Source: Planctomycetota bacterium (GTDB lineage Bacteria > Planctomycetota > UBA1135 > UBA2386). Taken from it: 64,000 nt of DNA. The notes under the pieces are model-generated. The model saw nothing but the letters and a program-made list of their open reading frames with translations, made no database searches and was not told the origin of the DNA. Within the stretch, counting starts at the first letter, position 1. Every line of letters begins with the position of its first letter. The stretch lies in NCBI GenBank assembly GCA_965228735.1, contig OZ245838.1, forward strand, positions 3,328,001 to 3,392,000, written 5' to 3'. Below are positions 1-9,490 of this stretch, piece after piece. The position numbers were made by a program, and so were the translations under genes.

Positions 1-390
1 GCGCAGCTGCGTAGCGACGTGATCCCTGGTCGCGGTGTCGAGCGTCGGACCGTCCAGCATCCCGTCGTAGCCGACGAGACCCTGTTGTTCACCCCGGAGC
101 AGGACCTTGGCAGCGGCCTCTGCGCTGGCGAGCGATGCCGCGCTCGCCAGCACCTGAGCGAAGACGCCCCACGGACCGGACCGCTCCGGCGGTTCACCCT
201 CCGCCAGGACGATCTGACTGCGGAACCACTCGACGGCAGCAGCGTGGTCGTCGCGAATGCGATGCAGCATGCGGGCGAACTCGGGCGCCGTCGCCATCAG
301 ATTGTCGATCGCGAGTTCATAGGTCTCGACGGCGGTCATCTCACCGCGCATCAATGAAGTCAGTGAATCGGTCAATCGTTCGTCAGTCAT
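1..390 (-). CDS. DUF2383/PA2169-like ferritin-like four-helix protein (runs off window start)
   Basis: My translation from ATG 390: MTDERLTDSLTSLMRGEMTAVETYELA...RDDH...SGPWG...LRGEQQG..Y; family-typical LxxLLRGExxAVETY and SGxWG; not in ORF track because truncated. Confidence 0.75.
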   Translation of the reverse strand, partial: MTDERLTDSLTSLMRGEMTAVETYELAIDNLMATAPEFARMLHRIRDDHAAAVEWFRSQIVLAEGEPPERSGPWGVFAQVLASAASLASAEAAAKVLLRGEQQGLVGYDGMLDGPTLDTATRDHVATQLR

Positions 391-403
391 GCCCGTCCAG
401 GTA

Positions 404-418
404 ACAACCGCCATGCCA
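404..418 (-). promoter_or_regulatory. sigma54 -24/-12 promoter for DUF2383 gene
   Basis: TGGCAT-GGCGG-TTGT on minus strand, near consensus TGGCAC-N5-TTGC. Confidence 0.6.
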
Positions 419-550
419 GGCGCGCAAAAGCGGCCAGCGCCCGTCCTGTGGCCGCCCCGATGCGAATCGGAACGCCACCTGCCGGCGCGACCAGAACCGG
501 ACATTCCGAACGACGAACCCGCCGCGCGGCTGCGCGGGCGGCCGCGATCC

Positions 551-565
551 TGGCACGGGGCTTGC
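551..565 (+). promoter_or_regulatory. sigma54 -24/-12 promoter for M20 amidohydrolase
   Basis: Perfect TGGCAC-GGGGC-TTGC 28 nt before ATG 594. Confidence 0.8.
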
Positions 566-593
566 ACCGCCTCCGCGCGGAAGCCAGCACCCC

Positions 594-1961
594 ATGACGA
601 CCGAACGACCTGCGACGCAAGGCCAGGAGCGCATCACGGCCGACCTCTATTCCCCGACGGACCACGTCGAACACCACTTCGCGCGCCTCGCGACGATCGG
701 CGTTCAACCGGACGGATCCATCAACCGGATCGCCTGGACCGACGCCGAGTCGCAGGCCATTGCGATGATCCGCTCCGAAGGCGAGGCCTTCGGGCTGACC
801 GGCCGGTACGACGCGATCGGCAACCTGATCCTGTCACTGCCTGGCAAGGCCGAACGCCGCATCCTGGTCGGCTCCCACCTCGACTCGGTGCCGCACGGCG
901 GCAACTACGACGGCGCGGCCGGCGTGGTTGCCGGGCTCGAAGCCATGCGGCCGCTGGTCGCCGATGCGGAGAAGCTGCAAGCCGGCGTCGATCTCGTCGT
1001 GTGGCGCGGTGAAGAACACACCTACAACGCGGTCTACAAGGGCAGCGCGAGCGCGTTCGGTAACTCCGAGACCCACATCCTGCACAACGCCTACGATGGC
1101 GTGTCGCTGCGGGATGCGATCGCGAGTCAGGGGTTCGATCCGTCCTGCATCGACGAGAGCCGCCCTTCGTTGGGGCGCGACTACATCGATTCGATCCTCG
1201 GCTACTACGAGCTCCACATCGAGCAAGGCGTTCGGCTCGAGCGCGAGAACCTCGACCTCGGTGTCGTCACCAGCATCGCTGGTGACCGCCGCTTCCTCGT
1301 CGTCCTCGAGGGTCGGTTCGACCATTCGGGCGCGACCCCGATGGGCACGAACTTTCGTTGCGACTCCAACCTCGCACTCGGCTACATCATCACGCGGCTG
1401 GACGAACTCAGTCGCGATGCGGCCCGCGCGGGCAACGTGTTCACGCAGACCATCGGGATCGTGAATGCCGACCCGGAGATCGACCGCAAGCACCCGGCGG
1501 TGCACAGCAACTCAGTCACCAAGGTCAGCGGCCTCGCGTATTTCACGCTCGACATCATGTCGGCCGACGACACGTTCATGGACTCCTACTCGGCTGACGT
1601 CCTGCGTGCGGTCTGGCAGACCGCGAAGGAGTTCCACGTCAAGGCGGTGATCGAACAGACCGACACGGCGCGCGGCCTCCGTGAACTCGACCCGCGCCTT
1701 CGGAGTCGCCTGATGGCTGCCGCGCAGGCCCGCGACTTCTCGGCGGTCGAGATGCCGAGCGGCGCGGGGCACGACGCCGTGGCTGTGGCGCACGCGGATC
1801 GCGGCCCCCTGGGGGCCATCCCGGTTGGCATGCTGTTCGTCCCGTGCCGCGCCGGCATCAGTCACGCTCCGGAAGAGTTCGCCGAGGCCGATCACGTCGC
1901 GAAGGGAGCGGCGGTGCTCTCCGACGCAATGCGTGACATCGCGCAGCGAGGCGAGATCTAG
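594..1961 (+). CDS. M20 family Zn-dependent hydrolase (N-carbamoyl-amino acid/allantoate amidohydrolase type)
   Basis: GSHLDSVPHGGNYDG, GEE, ELHIEQG, HSGATPM, SGAGHDA, GISHAPEE motifs. Confidence 0.9.
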   Translation: MTTERPATQGQERITADLYSPTDHVEHHFARLATIGVQPDGSINRIAWTDAESQAIAMIRSEGEAFGLTGRYDAIGNLILSLPGKAERRILVGSHLDSVPHGGNYDGAAGVVAGLEAMRPLVADAEKLQAGVDLVVWRGEEHTYNAVYKGSASAFGNSETHILHNAYDGVSLRDAIASQGFDPSCIDESRPSLGRDYIDSILGYYELHIEQGVRLERENLDLGVVTSIAGDRRFLVVLEGRFDHSGATPMGTNFRCDSNLALGYIITRLDELSRDAARAGNVFTQTIGIVNADPEIDRKHPAVHSNSVTKVSGLAYFTLDIMSADDTFMDSYSADVLRAVWQTAKEFHVKAVIEQTDTARGLRELDPRLRSRLMAAAQARDFSAVEMPSGAGHDAVAVAHADRGPLGAIPVGMLFVPCRAGISHAPEEFAEADHVAKGAAVLSDAMRDIAQRGEI

Positions 1962-2308
1962 TCCGCCCGACTCGCGCGATACGTGCGCCAGAGATCGCGC
2001 AGCGTCAGCTGCATCTGCCGGATCACGACGAGGTTGGCCACCACGATCGGCACCCATGCCCACGGGAACACCGTCGCCGGCAGCATCGCCGTCACGAGGA
2101 AGAACGCGAACAGCACGCCCGTCTGCACGGTGAGCTGCTCCGCTGCCGAACGCTCGGCGCGCACCGGGCGGCGCAACGCGCTGCCCGCGGTGACGCGACC
2201 CCGCTCACTGCGCGCGACCTCGAGTCGAGCCGGCGCAGCGACACGTGTCGCACGCGGATTGTTGGTCGTGGCGGCAGTCGGCATCGGGGTCACCGTAGAG
2301 GTCGGCAT
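1958..2308 (-). CDS. small hypothetical membrane protein
   Basis: 116 aa, hydrophobic C-terminal stretch GVLFAFFLVTAMLPATVFPWAWVPIVVANLVVI; GGAG upstream. Confidence 0.55.
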   Translation of the reverse strand: MPTSTVTPMPTAATTNNPRATRVAAPARLEVARSERGRVTAGSALRRPVRAERSAAEQLTVQTGVLFAFFLVTAMLPATVFPWAWVPIVVANLVVIRQMQLTLRDLWRTYRASRAD

Positions 2309-2515
2309 CGTCTTGGCTCCGTTGAGTAGCTCCGCGACGGCGCTCGTGCCTGCACGACCGTCGTCCGGTTGCGAGTTCTGACGCAGACGAGCACCGAAGA
2401 TTCCCCGGATCCGACGAAGTTGTTCGGATCGCCCGGCAGCCGGGCCGCAACTGCCGAGAGCCCAACGGGCGATTCACCCGCATCACCAACGGCATCCGCG
2501 CGGCCGGACCGCGAC

Positions 2516-3334
2516 TCAGCGCCGCCGAAACAGCGCGATCGCGAGGTCGTCCGGCTTGCCGATTCCGCCGGTGCTCTGCATCCGTTCGACGCAGCGTTCG
2601 ACGAGGCGATCCGCCGCGCGCAGCAGCGGCCCCTTGCGCACGACCTCGGTGACCTCGTCGACGTGCACGTTGTCCCACAGGCCGTCGCTCGCGAGCACGA
2701 CCGTGTCCCGCAGCGCGAGCCGGATCGCGCTCGCGATCTCGACGCGCATGCCCGCCATGCCGACGAAGTTGGAGATCACGTGGCGATCCTCGTGCACGAG
2801 CCCCGCGTCGGCGTCGAGCAGGCCGGACTCGACGGCGTAGCCGACGGGCGAGTGGCTCACGGTCTGGTGCTTGATCTTGCCGCGCTGACCGGTGATCAGC
2901 AGCTCCGAGTCGCCGGCGTGATAGCTGCGAAAGCGCTCGCCTTCGATGACGGCCGCGAGCACCGTCGTCGCGGCCCCGCCGGGTCGCTCGAGCAGCTGCT
3001 GGTTGGCCGCGTCGATCCCCGTGAGGATCGCGCTCTGGATCGACTCGACGGTCCCCTCGCTCGCGGCGACGCGATCCGCGATGCAGCGGAGCGTGAGGCG
3101 CGCCGCGAAGTCACCGTCCCCGTGGCCGCCGAGCCCGTCGGCAACGACGATCGCCGTGCACCGATCGTCCCAACGAAACAACCCAGCGACGTCTTCACAA
3201 GAGTCGTCCGCGGTCCGCGACGGGCTCTTCGCAAGCACGACCGCACAGTTGTCGACGCCGCCGCCGGCCGATTCGCGCACGACGCTCGGCGCGCCGCCCT
3301 CGAGCCAGAGCCGGCTGTGCGTCGGGCCGTTCAT
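2516..3334 (-). CDS. PP2C family Ser/Thr protein phosphatase
   Basis: VVADGLGG, HAGDS, LASDG, DDL motifs; ATG 3334 overlaps kinase TGA (ATGA). Confidence 0.9.
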   Translation of the reverse strand: MNGPTHSRLWLEGGAPSVVRESAGGGVDNCAVVLAKSPSRTADDSCEDVAGLFRWDDRCTAIVVADGLGGHGDGDFAARLTLRCIADRVAASEGTVESIQSAILTGIDAANQQLLERPGGAATTVLAAVIEGERFRSYHAGDSELLITGQRGKIKHQTVSHSPVGYAVESGLLDADAGLVHEDRHVISNFVGMAGMRVEIASAIRLALRDTVVLASDGLWDNVHVDEVTEVVRKGPLLRAADRLVERCVERMQSTGGIGKPDDLAIALFRRR

Positions 3335-4128
3335 CTGCCGCTCCGCCGGCGTTCGAGCCGGCGCAGGGTGAGCTTCTTGGCTTCGAGGAAGGCCTCGTAC
3401 ATGTGCGAGGCGTCCCGAAACCGCCGGCGCGTCTCGACCTGCAGCGCACGCTGCAAGAACGGGATCATGTCCGGCGCCGTTCGACGCAGACGGTCGAGAC
3501 CCGCCATCGGCCACTTGTACGGCCAGTCCGGCAGCTTGCCGCTGAGCATCCGGTAGACGATCAAGCCGGCCGAGAACACGTCCGACCGGGCCGACGGGCG
3601 ACCCATCGCCTGCTCGGGCGCGACGTAGCCGATTGTGCCGGACGACGACGCCTGCAATGTCCGCGTCGAGTGCTTGGCGAGGCCGAAGTCCCCGAGCCGC
3701 AACGCGCCGTCGGCGAACAGGATCAGATTGTCCGGCTTGACGTCACAGTGGATGACGCGGTGCTCGTGCGCGTAGGCCAACGCCTCGATCAGCTGCTCGG
3801 CGAAATCGAGCGCCTTGCTCGTCGACATCCGGTAGCCCAGCCGATCGGCCAGACTGCGCTCGCCCTTCGGATAGGCCATCGTCAGCCGCCCGTCGATCAC
3901 CTCGGCGTTCTTGAGCGACAGGATGTTCGGGTGGTCGAGCTTGGCGCTGACCTGGATCTCGCGCTCGAAGTCCGCACGGGTGTCGGGGTCGCCGTCCGCA
4001 AGGGGCACCTTCAGCGCCACGACGACGCGCTCGAGCGTGTCGTAGGCCTCGAAGACGTCCGCGAACCCGCCGCGCGCGAGTCGTCGCTTGAGCTTGTACT
4101 TACCGAGGCGCTGGCCGACGCGGATCAT
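3331..4128 (-). CDS. cytoplasmic Hanks-type Ser/Thr protein kinase
   Basis: [23 protein letters not shown]; kinase domain only, no TM segment. Confidence 0.92.
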   Translation of the reverse strand: MIRVGQRLGKYKLKRRLARGGFADVFEAYDTLERVVVALKVPLADGDPDTRADFEREIQVSAKLDHPNILSLKNAEVIDGRLTMAYPKGERSLADRLGYRMSTSKALDFAEQLIEALAYAHEHRVIHCDVKPDNLILFADGALRLGDFGLAKHSTRTLQASSSGTIGYVAPEQAMGRPSARSDVFSAGLIVYRMLSGKLPDWPYKWPMAGLDRLRRTAPDMIPFLQRALQVETRRRFRDASHMYEAFLEAKKLTLRRLERRRSGR

Positions 4129-4204
4129 CCGAGGGCGTCAGTCTGCCGAACGGAGTGCGTTCTTTCCATGTCCAAGTACCGGCGGGTGCCCCTACATTGC
4201 AGCG

Positions 4205-5764
4205 ATGCCGGACGAAATCGACCTCAGTCAGTTCGAGTCCAACCTCAAGCTCGTGAAGCTGCAGGTCGACGATTTCGAACGGATCGTGGACCTGCAGCGA
4301 CGCTGCTTCCCGGGCATGCCGGTCTGGACCAAGGCGCACATCGAGAGCCAGGTCGAGCACTTCCCGGACGGCCAGCTCGGCATCACCTACGACGGCAAGC
4401 TCGTCGCGTCGTCGTGCAGCCTGATCGTCGACTACGACCTGTGCTCCGACTGGCACGACTGGAAGGCCGTGAGCGACGGCGGCTACATCAAGAATCACGA
4501 CGAGAAAGGCGACGTGCTCTACGGCATCGAGATCATGGTCGATCCGGAGTATCGCGGCATGCGGCTCGCGCGCCGGCTCTACGACGGCCGCAAGGAGCTC
4601 GCCCGGGAGCGCAACCTCAAGGGCATCGTGATCGGCGGCCGGATCCCGGGCTACGCCGCCCACAGCAGCGAGATGACGGCGCACGAATACGTGCAGAAGG
4701 TCGAGGCCAAGGTCCTCGTCGACCCGGTGCTCACGGCGCAGCTGGCGAACGGCTTCGAGCTGCGGCAGGTGATCCCCGACTACCTGCCGAGCGACGAGGA
4801 CAGCGCCGGCTGGGCGACCCACATGGAGTGGACCAACGTCGACTACCGCCCGTTCCGCAAGCGGACGATGCAGCCGACCCAGGTCGTCCGGATCTCGACC
4901 GTGCAGTACGGGATGCGCGCCATCTCGACGTTCGAGGACTTCGAGCACCAGTGCGAGTTCTTCGTCGACACGGCGGGGGACTACAAGTGTGACTTCATCA
5001 CGTTCCCGGAGCTGTTCACGACCCAGCTCCTGTCGCTCGTCGAGGCCAAGCGCCCCGGCAAGGCGGCGCGCGCCCTCGCCGACTTCAACGAGCGCTACCT
5101 CGAGTTCTTCACGTCGTTGGCCGTGCGCTACCACGTCAACATCGTCGGCGGGAGCAACTTCGCGGTCGAGGACGAGAAGCTCTACAACGTCGCCTATCTC
5201 TTCCGCCGCGACGGCTCGATCGACAAGCAGTACAAGATCCACGTCACGCCCGCGGAATGGCGCTGGTGGGGCGTGAACGGCGGCAGCACGGTCGAGGTGT
5301 TCGACACCGACTGCGGCCGCATCGCGATCCTCATCTGCTACGACATCGAGTTTCCCGAGCTCGCCCGCATCGCGGCGAAGAAGGGTGCCCAGATCATCTT
5401 CGTGCCGTTCAACACCGACGAACGCTACAGCTACCTGCGCGTTCGCCACTGCGCGATGGCGCGCTGCGTCGAGAACCACGTGTACACGGTGCTGTCCGGC
5501 TGCACCGGCAACTTGCCGCTCGTCGACAACGCCGACCTGCACTACGCCCAGTCGGGCATCTACACGCCGGCGGACATCGCGTTCTCCCGCGACGGCATCG
5601 CGGCCGAGTGCACGGCCAACGTCGAGACGATGATCATGCAGGACCTCGACATCGAGCAGCTGCGCAAGCACCGCTACAAGGGCACGGTGCAGAACTGGCT
5701 CGACCGCCGCACGGATCTGTATCGGGTGCGATACCGCGAGGCGGGCAGCGACTTCGAGGTGTGA
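4205..5764 (+). CDS. bifunctional GNAT acetyltransferase / carbon-nitrogen hydrolase (YhcX-like)
   Basis: [11 protein letters not shown] acetyl-CoA motif; nitrilase triad [16 protein letters not shown]. Confidence 0.92.
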   Translation: MPDEIDLSQFESNLKLVKLQVDDFERIVDLQRRCFPGMPVWTKAHIESQVEHFPDGQLGITYDGKLVASSCSLIVDYDLCSDWHDWKAVSDGGYIKNHDEKGDVLYGIEIMVDPEYRGMRLARRLYDGRKELARERNLKGIVIGGRIPGYAAHSSEMTAHEYVQKVEAKVLVDPVLTAQLANGFELRQVIPDYLPSDEDSAGWATHMEWTNVDYRPFRKRTMQPTQVVRISTVQYGMRAISTFEDFEHQCEFFVDTAGDYKCDFITFPELFTTQLLSLVEAKRPGKAARALADFNERYLEFFTSLAVRYHVNIVGGSNFAVEDEKLYNVAYLFRRDGSIDKQYKIHVTPAEWRWWGVNGGSTVEVFDTDCGRIAILICYDIEFPELARIAAKKGAQIIFVPFNTDERYSYLRVRHCAMARCVENHVYTVLSGCTGNLPLVDNADLHYAQSGIYTPADIAFSRDGIAAECTANVETMIMQDLDIEQLRKHRYKGTVQNWLDRRTDLYRVRYREAGSDFEV

Positions 5765-5785
5765 ACGCCAGGGGCGGACCGGCGC

Positions 5786-6322
5786 CTACTGAATTGTGAA
5801 CGTCTCGCGGGCGCCGTGGCTCGTGAGCAGCCCCTGCAACGCGTCGGCTCCGACACCTTCCCGCGTTCGGCACGATACGAGACAACCGCCGCGACGCACC
5901 TGCTCGACGCGCAGCGCGGCCTCGTTCTCCGGAATCCCGAGCCCGACGAGCGCGCCGAGCAAACCGCCGGCGCCCGCGCCGGCGGCCGCGCCGCCCATGG
6001 CGGCGAGGAACGGGCCGACGGTGAGCACGCCGAACGGCCCGGCCAGCGCCGCCGCCGCGAGCCCGAACAGGGTCGCGCCGACCGCGGATCCGATCGCAGC
6101 GGCTTCCTCTGGCTTGCCCGGCCCATTCTCGAGCAGACCTCGAGCCGCGCCGCTGTCGGCCATGACGATGCCGATGTCGTCCGCATCGACGTCGAGTTCA
6201 CGGAGCTTGGCGACGGCCGCGCCGGCCGCGCGCGGCTCTTCGAAAACCGCGACCACGGTCGCCGCGGCGGCTGGAGTCGGGTGATCGGAGAACTCGTCGG
6301 AGGGGGTGGAGTCGGTGTTCAT
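5786..6322 (-). CDS. general stress protein 17M/YflT-like membrane protein with glycine zipper
   Basis: VVAVF..A..AV..L, Gly/Ala-rich GGLLGALVGLGIPE..A, GGCLVS pattern; start at ATG 6322. Confidence 0.75.
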   Translation of the reverse strand: MNTDSTPSDEFSDHPTPAAAATVVAVFEEPRAAGAAVAKLRELDVDADDIGIVMADSGAARGLLENGPGKPEEAAAIGSAVGATLFGLAAAALAGPFGVLTVGPFLAAMGGAAAGAGAGGLLGALVGLGIPENEAALRVEQVRRGGCLVSCRTREGVGADALQGLLTSHGARETFTIQ

Positions 6323-6368
6323 GGCTTCTACGGGCGGTGCTTCGTTCGGTTGGCGGCCGCGGTTGCGG

Positions 6369-6710
6369 TCAGCCTGACCCGGGCGACGGCCGCGCGAACG
6401 CTGCCGGGGCGGCCATCGCCAGCTGCACCGACTGCCAGGCCTCGGCGAGGTCGTGGAAACTGCGTTCGATGCGCCGCTGCGAGTCCTGCCAGCCCTCGAG
6501 GCAACGCTGCAGGCGCAGGATCGCGTTCTCCGCGCGGTCGCAGCGATCCTGGAACTCCTGCAGGAACGCGGCGCCGACCTTGCGGCGGTCGGGGTTGAGG
6601 TCCGGGTCGCGGGCGAACTCGCGCGCGTCCTCGAGACGGGCGCGCCAGCGCTCGAGGCGACAGTGCAGGGCGTCGACCTCGAGACGCAGTTCTTTGGCGG
6701 ATTCACTCAT
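6369..6710 (-). CDS. small coiled-coil hypothetical protein
   Basis: MSESAKELRLEVDALHCRLERW... helical 113 aa, directly after a sigma54 promoter. Confidence 0.6.
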   Translation of the reverse strand: MSESAKELRLEVDALHCRLERWRARLEDAREFARDPDLNPDRRKVGAAFLQEFQDRCDRAENAILRLQRCLEGWQDSQRRIERSFHDLAEAWQSVQLAMAAPAAFARPSPGSG

Positions 6711-6723
6711 GGAGCAGGAAGTC

Positions 6724-6738
6724 ACAAGATCCGTGCCA
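6724..6738 (-). promoter_or_regulatory. sigma54 -24/-12 promoter
   Basis: TGGCAC-GGATC-TTGT on minus strand, 13 nt before ATG 6710. Confidence 0.7.
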
Positions 6739-6854
6739 GAAGTAGCGTCAGAACATCGGTGAGCGCGGAGCTGGTTCGAACTGGCCTTGGGAACCGGGTT
6801 GCGGCACCGTAGGAACATCGGAGACCGGCAGTTCGCGTTCCTCCGACCGGCCCC

Positions 6855-8342
6855 ATGACTTCCGATTCCGACTCTCGCCCTTCCCGTCGGCCGCGCATCA
6901 CCATCGCGCTGCCGAACGGCGCGCTGCGCGACCGCCTGCTCGAGGCGCTGCAGAAGGCGGACGTCGACCTCGACGTCGTCGACGCCGCCTCGGCGATGTC
7001 CGGGGTGGAACAGGCCGAGGGCGACATCGTGCTGCTCGGCCCGGGCCAGGTGCGAAAAGCGAACCTCGACGAGCTCGGTGAGGTCGCGCGCTCGGACGAC
7101 GAAGCCGGGCTCGCCGTCGTCGGTGAAGACGACCCGGCCAAGCGCGCCAAGCTCGTCGCCGCGGGGTTCTCGAGCGTGCTCAGTACTGATCAGTCCGAGG
7201 CCGACCTCGCGGCGTCGCTCGAGGCGCTCGCGGCGGCGGAGGCCGAGGGCGGCGTCGGTGGGCCCGAGGTCGGCGGCGCCGGGGTCGAACCGCGGCTGGC
7301 CGATTTCCTCACGCGCAGCCCGCGCATGCAGGAGTTCGTCGAACTCGTGCGGCGGGTGATCCCGGCGGACACGACGCTGCTCATTCTGGGACCGACCGGC
7401 GTCGGCAAGGAGCACCTCGCGCGCGCCATCCATGGCGAGAGCACCCGCGCGAAGCGACCGTTCGTGACCGTCAACTGCGCGGCGCTGCCCGAGCAGCTGC
7501 TCGAAGCCGAGCTGTTCGGCCACGCGAAGGGCGCGTTCACCGGCGCCGAGCGCGCGCGCAAGGGCCGCTTCGAGCTCGCAAATCGCGGTACGCTGTTCCT
7601 CGACGAAATCGGCGAGATGCCGCTGCATCTGCAGGCCAAGCTGCTCACCGTGCTGCAGCGCCACGAGGTCACGCCGATCGGCTCCGACCAACCGATCAGG
7701 GTCGACGTGCGCGTCGTCGTCGCGACGAATCGCGATCTGCAGGAGGAAGTCGCGGCCCGGCGCTTCCGCGAGGACCTGTTCTTCCGCCTCAACGTCGTGC
7801 CGCTCGAGATCCCGGCGTTGGCCGCACGCGCTGACGACATCCCGGAGCTCGTAGGCCGCTTCATCCAGCACTTCCGCGCCACGATGCCGGTCTCGAACGT
7901 CACCGCGATCGCCGACGACGCGCTCGAGCTGTTGATGCACTACTCGTGGCCCGGCAACATCCGCGAGCTCATCAACGTGATCGAACGCGCGATGCTGCTC
8001 GGGCGCGGAACTCGCATCGAGTGCGCCGATCTGCCGGCCGCCGTCACCGGCGGGAGCCCTGGCGACAGCGACGGCGACGAAGCGGGGTCGGCGTCCGCGG
8101 CGACGTCGCCACTCGGGCCGTCGTTGCCGCGATCACCCGCGCCGGACCTCGACCTCGAGCAACCGATCAAGGCCACCCGCGAACGCGCCGTCGCGAACGC
8201 CGAACGCGCCTACCTCGACGCGGCGCTGCGCCGGACGGGCGGCCAGGTCGGCGAGGTCGCGAAGATCGCCGGCATCAGTCCGCGCGCGCTCTACGAGAAG
8301 ATGAAGCGCTACGAGCTGCGCAAAGAGGATTACCGCGGCTGA
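6855..8342 (+). CDS. sigma54-dependent enhancer-binding protein with degenerate receiver domain
   Basis: GPTGVGKE, ELFGHAKGAFTGA, LFLDEIG, WPGNIREL, C-terminal Fis HTH; N-terminal REC-like segment reads DIVLLG where the phospho-Asp is expected. Confidence 0.93.
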   Translation: MTSDSDSRPSRRPRITIALPNGALRDRLLEALQKADVDLDVVDAASAMSGVEQAEGDIVLLGPGQVRKANLDELGEVARSDDEAGLAVVGEDDPAKRAKLVAAGFSSVLSTDQSEADLAASLEALAAAEAEGGVGGPEVGGAGVEPRLADFLTRSPRMQEFVELVRRVIPADTTLLILGPTGVGKEHLARAIHGESTRAKRPFVTVNCAALPEQLLEAELFGHAKGAFTGAERARKGRFELANRGTLFLDEIGEMPLHLQAKLLTVLQRHEVTPIGSDQPIRVDVRVVVATNRDLQEEVAARRFREDLFFRLNVVPLEIPALAARADDIPELVGRFIQHFRATMPVSNVTAIADDALELLMHYSWPGNIRELINVIERAMLLGRGTRIECADLPAAVTGGSPGDSDGDEAGSASAATSPLGPSLPRSPAPDLDLEQPIKATRERAVANAERAYLDAALRRTGGQVGEVAKIAGISPRALYEKMKRYELRKEDYRG

Positions 8343-8443
8343 TCGGCGGACCGGTGGTCCCGGTTCCGAAGCTTCGGAAGCGCTCGTTCTGACGTCGTCG
8401 CGCGCGAGCGCCGAATGACCGATGCCGTGGCGATGTCGGTGCA

Positions 8444-8458
8444 TGGCACGCCCCTTGC
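8444..8458 (+). promoter_or_regulatory. sigma54 -24/-12 promoter
   Basis: Perfect TGGCAC-GCCCC-TTGC, 14 nt before ATG 8473. Confidence 0.8.
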
Positions 8459-8472
8459 GACTGGAGGGGGCG

Positions 8473-9465
8473 ATGAGTCATTCCAGCCCCAATTGGACCC
8501 TAGACACCTACGGCTGCTCGCGCGCCGGAACGCGCTCCGGGCCGAACGGCACGCAGCCACTGAACGGCGATCACTTCCTCGTGACCGAGCTGAGGCGCGC
8601 GGCCGAAGTGCGGCGGGCAAGCCCGGACCGCGTGTCCGAAGGACGGCACGACGGTACGAGTCAGGCGCACGCGCTCGTCGTCGCCGACGGCGTGAGCGGT
8701 CACGCCGGCGCCGCGGAGGCGAGCGCGCTCGTCGTCGACGAGATCATGCACCAGATGCTCAACGCGGTGCCGTGGCAGCGCGACCTCGACCTCGACGCCG
8801 AGACCGCACTGCGTCGGGAGCTGCGCAACGCCGCCGAGCAGTGCAGTCGTCGCCTCGCCGCCGAGGCGCGCGAGCATCCCAGGCTCGACGACATGGGCTC
8901 GACGCTCACGATGGCGTTCGTGCGGCCGCCGTACGCGTTCTTCGTGCATGCCGGCGACAGCCGCGCGTATCTCGTGCGCGACGGCGAGATCCGGCAGCTG
9001 ACGCGCGATCACACGCTGGCCAACCGCCTCGCGGAGCGCGGCATCCTGTCGATCGAGGAAGCCCGCCGCTCGCCGTTCGCCAACTCGTTGTGGAACGTCA
9101 TCAGCAGCCACGGGACGGTCGAACCCGAGACATCGTCCATTCAGCTCCAGAAGGGCGATGCCCTGCTCCTGTGTTCGGACGGGCTCACCCACGAACTCGA
9201 GGACGCCGACCTGCTCCGCGCGATCACGGCGCACGGCTCCGCGCAGGCCGCATGCGAAGCACTCGCCGATGCCGCGCGCGACCGCGGTGAGTCCGACGAC
9301 GTCACAGCGACGATCGCGAGAGTCGTCGACGACGCCCGGGCGAACGAAACGTCGGCGACGCCCCCGAAGCGCCGACGTGCGGAACGGCGATCGCCACCGA
9401 CCCCGACGCCGAATTTCGTCGCGGCCGCGAACCGACCCCGAGAGGCCCGCGCCGCAGGCCAGTAG
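8473..9465 (+). CDS. PP2C family Ser/Thr protein phosphatase
   Basis: VVADGVSG, HAGDSRAY, QLTRDH, LCSDGL, DDVT. Confidence 0.9.
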   Translation: MSHSSPNWTLDTYGCSRAGTRSGPNGTQPLNGDHFLVTELRRAAEVRRASPDRVSEGRHDGTSQAHALVVADGVSGHAGAAEASALVVDEIMHQMLNAVPWQRDLDLDAETALRRELRNAAEQCSRRLAAEAREHPRLDDMGSTLTMAFVRPPYAFFVHAGDSRAYLVRDGEIRQLTRDHTLANRLAERGILSIEEARRSPFANSLWNVISSHGTVEPETSSIQLQKGDALLLCSDGLTHELEDADLLRAITAHGSAQAACEALADAARDRGESDDVTATIARVVDDARANETSATPPKRRRAERRSPPTPTPNFVAAANRPREARAAGQ

Positions 9466-9490
9466 CCAGCAGCTCTCCACGCAGGAATCC

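Noticed and set aside
6788..6802. TGGGAA-CCGGG-TTGC as a sigma54 promoter for the bEBP
   Set aside because: GG-N10-GC spacing fits but the -24 box is poor; too weak to call
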